A DNA stretch of 64,000 nucleotides, from the NCBI GenBank assembly GCA_046329805.1, contig JAXLUA010000003.1, positions 269,559 to 333,558 of the forward strand. Reading direction: 5' to 3'. Under the pieces are notes generated by a model. The model was given only the letters and a program-made list of their open reading frames with translations. It was not told where the DNA came from and did not search any database. The number at the start of each line of letters is the position of its first letter. The stretch's first letter is position 1. The stretch comes from Chitinophagales bacterium (lineage in GTDB: Bacteria; Bacteroidota; Bacteroidia; Chitinophagales; JADIYW01). Made by a program: the position numbers and the translations under genes. Shown here piece by piece: positions 57,520 to 64,000 of the stretch.

Positions 57520-59226
57520 TTATCTGTCGTCGCGTTCTCTGGCTCTATCTACCAAAGATTTCTCTTTGCCTTTGTTGCGCTTATATACCGCTATAATGGT
57601 ATCGGCGTCTTCTTTATTGGTAGCGAAAAAAGAAAAATTATCCAAGATACGGATATCGTCAATTTTTCTAGATTCCACGCCTGCTGTATTTCTCAATTCG
57701 TCTAATAAAGCACGTGGAGTCATGCCGTCTGCTCTGCCTTTAGCAAAAAACAATCGCTGCGAAGAACCGCCTCCTCTTTTTGGTGCGCCGTTGCGGCCGC
57801 CATCTCTATCTCTTCTGTCGCTAAATCGTCCTTCTCTTCTATCGCCTCCACGGGTACCTCTGTTATCTCTACCACTTCTGTCGCCTCTATTAAATTCTTC
57901 TTTGGGAGCTACTTCCTTTATTTGCTTATAGGCCTTCGGATTCAGTTCATCTTTGGCAAAATGTTTTATCAATGCCGCCACCAATACTTCCGCCTCTTTG
58001 TCTTGGATTAATTCTTTTGCGAAGGACAAATACGCTTCATAATGCTCTGTCCCTATAATGGTTTCCACGCTTTCTACCAATCTGCGTTTCTTTATCTTCA
58101 CCATTTCAAAGGCATCCGGCAATTTGCCTTTTTTCATTTTTGTTTTAGCAATACGCTCTACAAACAACAATTTTCTTCTTTCGTCCGGCGAAATAATAGC
58201 AATTGCTTTTCCTAATTTTCCGGCACGTCCGGTGCGTCCAATTCTGTGTACATAGGATTCCGGATCTTGCGGCAACCCGTAGTTGATGACATGGGTTAAA
58301 TCCGAAATATCGATACCGCGCGCAGCCACGTCTGTAGCAACCAGCACGCCAAATTTATTGGTCTTAAATTGCTTTACTACTTTTTCTCTAAGGTTTTGTT
58401 GTATATCGCCATGCAGGGCATCTGCGGTATATCCCTTATCGTTCAAGTGGTTGGATATTTCTACCACTTCCGCTTTCGTGTTGCAAAAGATAATACCGTA
58501 AAAATCTTCTTCCACATCCAATACTCGGCACAAGGCATCAAAGCGGTCGCGATCCGGTACTTCAAAATACGACTGTTCGATATTCACGTTCGTAATTTCT
58601 TGTTTGGCGATGCGTACCATTTCAAATTTTCCCATATAGCGTTTGGCTAATGCTAAAATTCGATCCGGCATAGTCGCTGAAAACAGTAACATTCGGCGGG
58701 TTTCGTTGCACGATTTTAAAATCAACTCGATGTCGTCAATAAAGCCCATGTTCAACATCTCATCCGCTTCGTCTAATACTACGTATTTTACTTCATCAAG
58801 GATCAATTTTTTTCTTTCGATTAAGTCAATCACACGTCCGGGCGTACCCACCACTACATGTGTACCTTTCTCCAATTCGCGCATCTGCTGGCTGATGGGC
58901 GCACCACCGTAAACAGTAGTAATCCATATTTTTTTAGTCCCTTTAAAACTTTTAATTTCTTCTGCTACTTGGATGGCTAACTCGCGGGTAGGCGCTAATA
59001 CCAACGCCTGCACACTTCGTTGCGCAGGGTCAAAGCGTTCTAAAATAGGCAACCCGAAAGCAGCCGTTTTTCCGGTGCCGGTTTGCGCTTGTCCTACTAC
59101 GTCTAAATTGCCGTTAAGCAAAAGCGGTATCGTTTGTTCTTGTATGGGGGTCGGCGATTCGTAGCCTTTTTTTTCTAATGCGTCTAAAATTTCCTCACTT
59201 AATCCTAACGCTCTAAATCCTTCCAT
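57520..59226 (-). CDS. DEAD-box ATP-dependent RNA helicase with a C-terminal RG-rich region and DbpA-like RNA-binding domain
   Basis: AQTGTGKT, PTRELA, VLDEADEM, SAT, HRIGRTGRAG, then RGDRSGRDNRGTRGGDRREGR. Confidence 0.95.
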   Translation of the reverse strand: MEGFRALGLSEEILDALEKKGYESPTPIQEQTIPLLLNGNLDVVGQAQTGTGKTAAFGLPILERFDPAQRSVQALVLAPTRELAIQVAEEIKSFKGTKKIWITTVYGGAPISQQMRELEKGTHVVVGTPGRVIDLIERKKLILDEVKYVVLDEADEMLNMGFIDDIELILKSCNETRRMLLFSATMPDRILALAKRYMGKFEMVRIAKQEITNVNIEQSYFEVPDRDRFDALCRVLDVEEDFYGIIFCNTKAEVVEISNHLNDKGYTADALHGDIQQNLREKVVKQFKTNKFGVLVATDVAARGIDISDLTHVINYGLPQDPESYVHRIGRTGRAGKLGKAIAIISPDERRKLLFVERIAKTKMKKGKLPDAFEMVKIKKRRLVESVETIIGTEHYEAYLSFAKELIQDKEAEVLVAALIKHFAKDELNPKAYKQIKEVAPKEEFNRGDRSGRDNRGTRGGDRREGRFSDRRDRDGGRNGAPKRGGGSSQRLFFAKGRADGMTPRALLDELRNTAGVESRKIDDIRILDNFSFFATNKEDADTIIAVYKRNKGKEKSLVDRARERDDR

Positions 59227-59244
59227 GTTATTTTATTTAGGGGG

Positions 59245-59252
59245 CAAAGATA
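59245..59252 (-). promoter_or_regulatory. -7 box TATCTTTG for the helicase gene
   Basis: Exact TAnnTTTG on the minus strand, 18 nt before the ATG. Confidence 0.45.
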
Positions 59253-59626
59253 CGGCTATTCCAACAATAAAGTTGCGGTTGAATAGGTGTAGGATGTTGT
59301 GATTGAGTTAATTAACCCAAAAAACTGTACTATGATGTGCATGAACGGTAGCGATTCCCTCGTATCCTTTTGTACTATCGGCACTTCTCCCTATCCGTAG
59401 GAGCCCCCTTAGCAAAGTCCTGCAAAACATCCACAGAAGTGTTACTGTAAATTAACAAAAGATAATTAATTTCCAAACGCTTGCATACAGTTTGCGATAC
59501 CGTTAAGAACATAACAATTTTTAGGTTAAATTAATTGACAAAACTCAATTAAAGCGTAACTTTATAGTGCAAATACCTTGTAGTATTGCGAATGGACATA
59601 AAAATAGTCTTTTATATAAAAAATAA

Positions 59627-62600
59627 ATGCGTATGAAATTCAACTCTTTACACTTTAAATTTTTTGGGCTTTTGGTTTTAAGTTTGCTCCTTTCTCCTTG
59701 CTATATGAAAGGACAAACTTATAAAATTCCGTCTGGTAGTTACGATAATATTGCTAATCCAACTCAGCCTTTTCCTTTTGGTACTACAAATGATTACATG
59801 TATTCTGTTTCATTATATACTATCAGTGAAATTGGTAATAGTGGAAATATTTCAAGAGTTTATTGGCCCAACAGGAATGGTTTTAATCCTCAAACACAGA
59901 CAATTTTATTTAAAAACGACCACAGCTTCTGTTTTAGACCCTGCTCTAACTTTTACCCAATATGTTAGTGGTGCTACACAAGTGAATACCGGAACAATTG
60001 GCACAAGTTCGGCTGCAAACTCGTTAAGTTTTTCAACAACTTCTTTTCCTTATGATGGTAGCCAAAATTTACTCGTAATTGTAAAAAGTGTAAGATCATC
60101 AGGTTCAAATAACGACCCACAGGTACAATATAATACAAGCAACAGCAGACATATTCAATGGGTTGCTTCAGGTTCTGATCCAAGTGGTAATACAGGGACG
60201 TTAACTAACAACCGTCCTAATTTCGGATTTGATATGACAAGTGCAAAAGCTTTAGCTTGTGCAGACGGGAATTGTTATTGTATTCCAACTTATACAAATG
60301 TTGGTGATAAACTTAATTCCTTTACCACTACCGGAGGTTCAAATAATATTAATGATGCTGATAATACAACCGGAACATACAAAAATAAATATAGTACACA
60401 GTATGTAGAAGTTGCAGCAGGCAGTACATTTGATTTTTCAAGCCCTATTACAGGGCAGAATACAAATTTTTATATATGGATAGATTGGAATAAGAATAAC
60501 ATATTTGAAGCAAGTGAAGTCGTATTTTCACAATATAAATCTGGTAATGGTCTTTCTTTTTCAGGAACTATAAATGTGCCTTCAGGTCAAGCAAATGGTA
60601 ATTACAGAATGCGTGTAAGAACTGCTTACACAGGTGGAGTTTCTGGTACTGTTTATCCATGTAATAATTATGATTACGGTCAGGCAAGAGATTATAAAGT
60701 AGTTGTCGTAAACCCTACCTGTAGCGGAAAACCAACTGGTGGAACATTATCGATTAGTCCGGCTGTTGGAACTCCTGGCTCCAATGCTAACGGAACAGTT
60801 AGTGGTGACACGCCTTATGAACCCGGAATTTCATACTGGTGGGAATCTTCAAGCGACGGAATTACTTGGAATACTATTGCTGGACAGACAAGTGCTAATT
60901 TGTCGGTAGCACAAGCGGGAACTCAAGACTTATATTATCGTCGTATCACGAAATGTAGTGTATCCGGAGATACTGCTCGTTCTACTATTGCTATGTACTC
61001 TACTTTTACCAATGACTGGCCTACTTTTTCAGCTTGGTTTAAAGCAGAGGGTTTACCAGCCGGAAAAGTTACAAGTTGGACAGGTTCCGGAACGCCGGGA
61101 ATAACGGTTACCGCAACACCATCCGTCAACCAACCCACACTAATAGATGGCTCTGTTAATTACAAACAATTTAACTACCGCGATAGAGTAAAATTTGATG
61201 CCAGCAACAATACCTATTTATCGAATACCTCTCCGGCTTCCAACTTATTAGGAAACGATGGAGGCACTATTTTTGGAGCTTTTAACAACATAACATCGGA
61301 TGCAACAGATTTCTTTTATTCGCCAACAGTTTTATACCAGCTAAAAGTAGGGTTTAGATATCAGAGCAGTTCTACTTCAGCAAATACAGGATACACAAGA
61401 GAATTTACCGGTACCGCTCCTCCGACTACAGAGCTTGATAATTCTTCTTCCCGTATTATAACCGGTTGGGGAATAAATTTAACAGCAGGAAGAGTTAGAG
61501 GCGGTCAATTTAATGGTGTAGATCTGACTAATTTTATTGATAATAATAGCACATATACGCCTAAAATTTCAGCCGGTAAGTTTGTATTTGGCAAAAGAAT
61601 TGATAATAATAACGTAGATAATCTTGAGAAATCAGACAATTCTATGGCGGAGTTCATTATGATGAATACGCCGGCTACCGCTTCTCAACGTGATAAAATT
61701 GAAAGTTATTTAGCTCTACAATACGGCAGCACTAGAGGAAATAATTCCGGTACTGCTACTACGTATAATTATATTTCAACAAAAGGTGCAACCATATATG
61801 ATAAATCTGCAAATTCGGGATTCACCAATGATATTGCCGGTATTGGTAGAGATGATGTTAGTACATTAAATCAAAAGCAATCTATTTCTGTCAATGTTAC
61901 CGATCCGGTTACGGTTTCATTAGGAAGTGGTGCTATTCCAAGCAAGAATAGTGCAAATAGTAATACTTTTAGTAGTAATTATTCTTTCTTTATTTGGGGA
62001 AATAATGGCAAAATTCCTCAAACGGTGTATGGAGATGCATCCTTGCAGGCTAATTTACCGCCTTCCTTAGGCCCCAATGCCGCCAGAATAGCTCGTATAT
62101 GGAAAGCACAAATTACTAATTTCAGCCAAGCCGTAGCCGTTGGCTTTGAAACTTCTTTATTGAGAAACTACTTGCCACTTACCAACTTACGGTTACTCGT
62201 ATGGAATGACCCTACTAACTGGACAGGCGCTACTGTAATTAGTGGTGCTACCTTAAATGGGAGTAGAATAGAGTTTAGCGTACCTGCAAGCACCATCACT
62301 TCAGCGATGCCTTATTTTACGTTAGCGACCATAGATTATAGTGCAACACCACTGCCGGTAGAACTAATTTCATTTAATGCCGTACTGAACGCTCAAAATA
62401 TGGTGGATGTGACGTGGGCAACTGCCAGCGAGCTAAACAGTTGTTATTTTGCGGTAGAACGCTCCAAAGATGCGGTCAACTGGGAAACGGTGGGCACTAT
62501 AAAAGGGGCAGGCAACAGCAACGCCCTGCTCAACTATTCCACACAAGACAAAGATCCTTACGCGGGCCTATCCTATTATCGCTTAAAACAAGTGGACTTA

Positions 62601-62909
62601 GACAGCACTTTCCAATATTCTAAAATGGTAGCGGTAAAGTTGAATAAAAATATTTTGGGAATTTACCCCAACCCTGCAAGCGACGTAATGAATATCATAT
62701 TCAGTAGCGACAAAGATCAGGAGATCTTTATCGAAGTTATTAATTCCATTGGACAGTTGGTTCAAAAAGAGCATTTTAATGTGATAAGAGGCAGCAATAG
62801 TCTAAATATAAATGTGTCGAAATTAGCAGGCGGCGTTTATTTTATAAACTTAAAAACAGACACGCCTAACAATGTAGAAAAAGCACGTTTTACGGTAGTC
62901 AGACAATAA
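59627..62909 (+). pseudogene. Large T9SS-secreted surface protein (GEVED-like domain, LamG-like region, type-A sorting domain) interrupted by a +1 frameshift at an A5 run
   Basis: ORF 59627-59968 carries the signal peptide and the domain start. ORF 59751-62909 (offset +1) carries the remainder. The reading changes sensibly at tttaaaaacg (A5 at 59912-59916): ...TQTILFK then TTTASVLDPALTFTQYV. The C-terminus is LGIYPNPASDVMNI...GGVYFINLKTD...RFTVVRQ. GEVED-like part: CIPTY...YIWIDWNKNN...YGQARDYKVVV. Confidence 0.7.
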
Positions 62910-62914
62910 CCACA

Positions 62915-62950
62915 GCGGTATCGGTGGGTGAAAACACCCACCGATACCGC
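62915..62950. terminator. Bidirectional perfect hairpin between convergent genes
   Basis: gcggtatcggtgggtg aaaa cacccaccgataccgc, a 16-bp stem. Confidence 0.8.
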
Positions 62951-62953
62951 AAA

Positions 62954-64000
62954 TTATATATACCCCAACAAATTAGGATCAATTTCTTTGGCATACGCCA
63001 AAATTCCGCCTTTTAGTTGGTAGATATTACTAAAGCCTTTCGCCTGTAATTGTCGGATAGCCTGCAAGCTGCGAGCACCACTTTTACAATGTATGATTAC
63101 TTTTTTATCTCGGGCAATTTGGTTTAGGTGTTCCCCAATTTTGGATACCGGAATTAGCGTTCCGCCCAAGTTGGCTGTTTTGTATTCTTCGGGTTCGCGC
63201 ACATCTATCAATTGAAAGTCGGCAGCATTATCCTGCATTTGTTTTAATTCTTGTACAGTAATTTCCCGTATTGTAGCAGTGGCTGTTCCTTCATTGCCGC
63301 TACAAAATTGGTTATAGTCTATCAATGCCGTTATCGTTGGCTGCACGCCGGTTATTGGGTTATTGGGGTCTTTATTGATTTTAAATAGTTGTGTAGTAAA
63401 ATGCAGTGCATCAAACGTAAAAAGGCGACCGCTTAAAGGCTCACCGATGCCTGTACAAATTTTAATAACTTCATTGGCTTGCATGCTGCCGATTATTCCG
63501 GGCAATACGCCCAGCACGCCACCTTCGGCACAACTCGGTACTGTGCCCGGCGGTGGCGGTTCCGGAAAAACATCTCGATAATTAGGGCCGTTATTATAGT
63601 TAAATACCGCCACTTGCCCTACAAATCGGTGAATAGAAGCATATACATTCGGGATACCGGCAAAAACACAAGCATCATTAACGAGATAGCGAGTAGGAAA
63701 ATTATCCGTACCATCTGCTACTACATCGTAATTTTTTACTATCTGCATGGCGTTACGGCTACTCAATGGTTCTTCGTAGGTAATAATATTTATATACGGA
63801 TTTAAGCGGAGCAGGTGGGCTTTAGCGGCGGCGGTTTTTGCTTTTCCTACATCATCAACAGAAAATAACACTTGGCGTTGTAAATTACTTAGCTCTACCG
63901 TATCAAAATCTACAATACCGATAGTGCCCACACCGGCAGCGGCAAGGTACAACAAAAGTGGACTGCCCAACCCGCCGGCGCCGACCACCAATACTTTGGC
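62954..64000 (-). CDS. moeB: MoeB/ThiF-family adenylyltransferase with a C-terminal rhodanese domain (N-terminus beyond the window)
   Basis: VVGAGGLGSP, DFDTVELSNLQRQ, CxxC-free E1-like core, then a rhodanese region (IDVREPEEY...HCKSGARS). The frame is still open at 64000. Confidence 0.88.
   Translation of the reverse strand, partial: AKVLVVGAGGLGSPLLLYLAAAGVGTIGIVDFDTVELSNLQRQVLFSVDDVGKAKTAAAKAHLLRLNPYINIITYEEPLSSRNAMQIVKNYDVVADGTDNFPTRYLVNDACVFAGIPNVYASIHRFVGQVAVFNYNNGPNYRDVFPEPPPPGTVPSCAEGGVLGVLPGIIGSMQANEVIKICTGIGEPLSGRLFTFDALHFTTQLFKINKDPNNPITGVQPTITALIDYNQFCSGNEGTATATIREITVQELKQMQDNAADFQLIDVREPEEYKTANLGGTLIPVSKIGEHLNQIARDKKVIIHCKSGARSLQAIRQLQAKGFSNIYQLKGGILAYAKEIDPNLLGYI

Noticed and set aside
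59260-59626. Slightly GC-richer 370-bp intergenic stretch as a candidate ncRNA or riboswitch
   Set aside because: I could find no convincing conserved-motif match or extended helix by eye. It contains only a fragment of repeat family B (ttccaacaat), which is not enough to call an RNA gene.
59751-59905. MLIQLSLFLLV... as an independent N-terminus of the large T9SS protein
   Set aside because: This stretch is the out-of-frame reading of the genuine signal-peptide ORF (59627 frame). The real junction is at the A5 run.
59905-59920. TTTAAAAAC as a programmed ribosomal frameshift site
   Set aside because: The shift needed is +1, whereas U UUA AAx-type heptamers promote -1 slippage. I saw no obvious downstream structure. 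A mutation or sequencing error is more parsimonious.

Overview
Chromosomal segment of a low-GC Bacteroidota genome. The phylum call rests on gldD/gldE gliding genes, T9SS C-terminal sorting domains, TAnnTTTG promoter boxes and a dcw cluster lacking murF and ddl. I saw no rRNA, tRNA, CRISPR, integrase or transposase. Most of the window is housekeeping: gmhA; gldD-gldE-ssb-mutY; HU, a TPR protein, a 29-aa basic ORF and RNase G; typA; a korAB 2-oxoacid oxidoreductase operon headed by a GltD-like/ferredoxin fusion; fur, purA, pabB and slyD; an H1-like repeat protein; a complete dcw cluster from mraZ to ftsZ (28.5-44.7 kb); a DEAD-box helicase; and a partial moeB/thiF. The most unusual part is a ~12.5 kb accessory island (45.0-57.5 kb) between mraZ and the helicase. 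It holds two inverted paralogous ~490-aa helical proteins, nine predicted lipoproteins (one a 7-blade RCC1 propeller, one a GH5 mannanase-like enzyme) and three small cytoplasmic orphans. Two families of palindromic REP/MITE-like repeats fill its intergenic gaps. Other points of interest: a lipoprotein gene inserted between ftsW and murG; 10-bp-phased MraZ boxes; a Fur gene coupled to a catalytically degenerate GH20 homologue; homopolymer frameshifts in two secreted-protein genes at the window edges; a short-tandem-repeat patchwork upstream of gmhA; and a decayed T9SS C-terminal domain in an 810-bp non-coding gap. All functional calls come from reading motifs in the translations. No database search was run.
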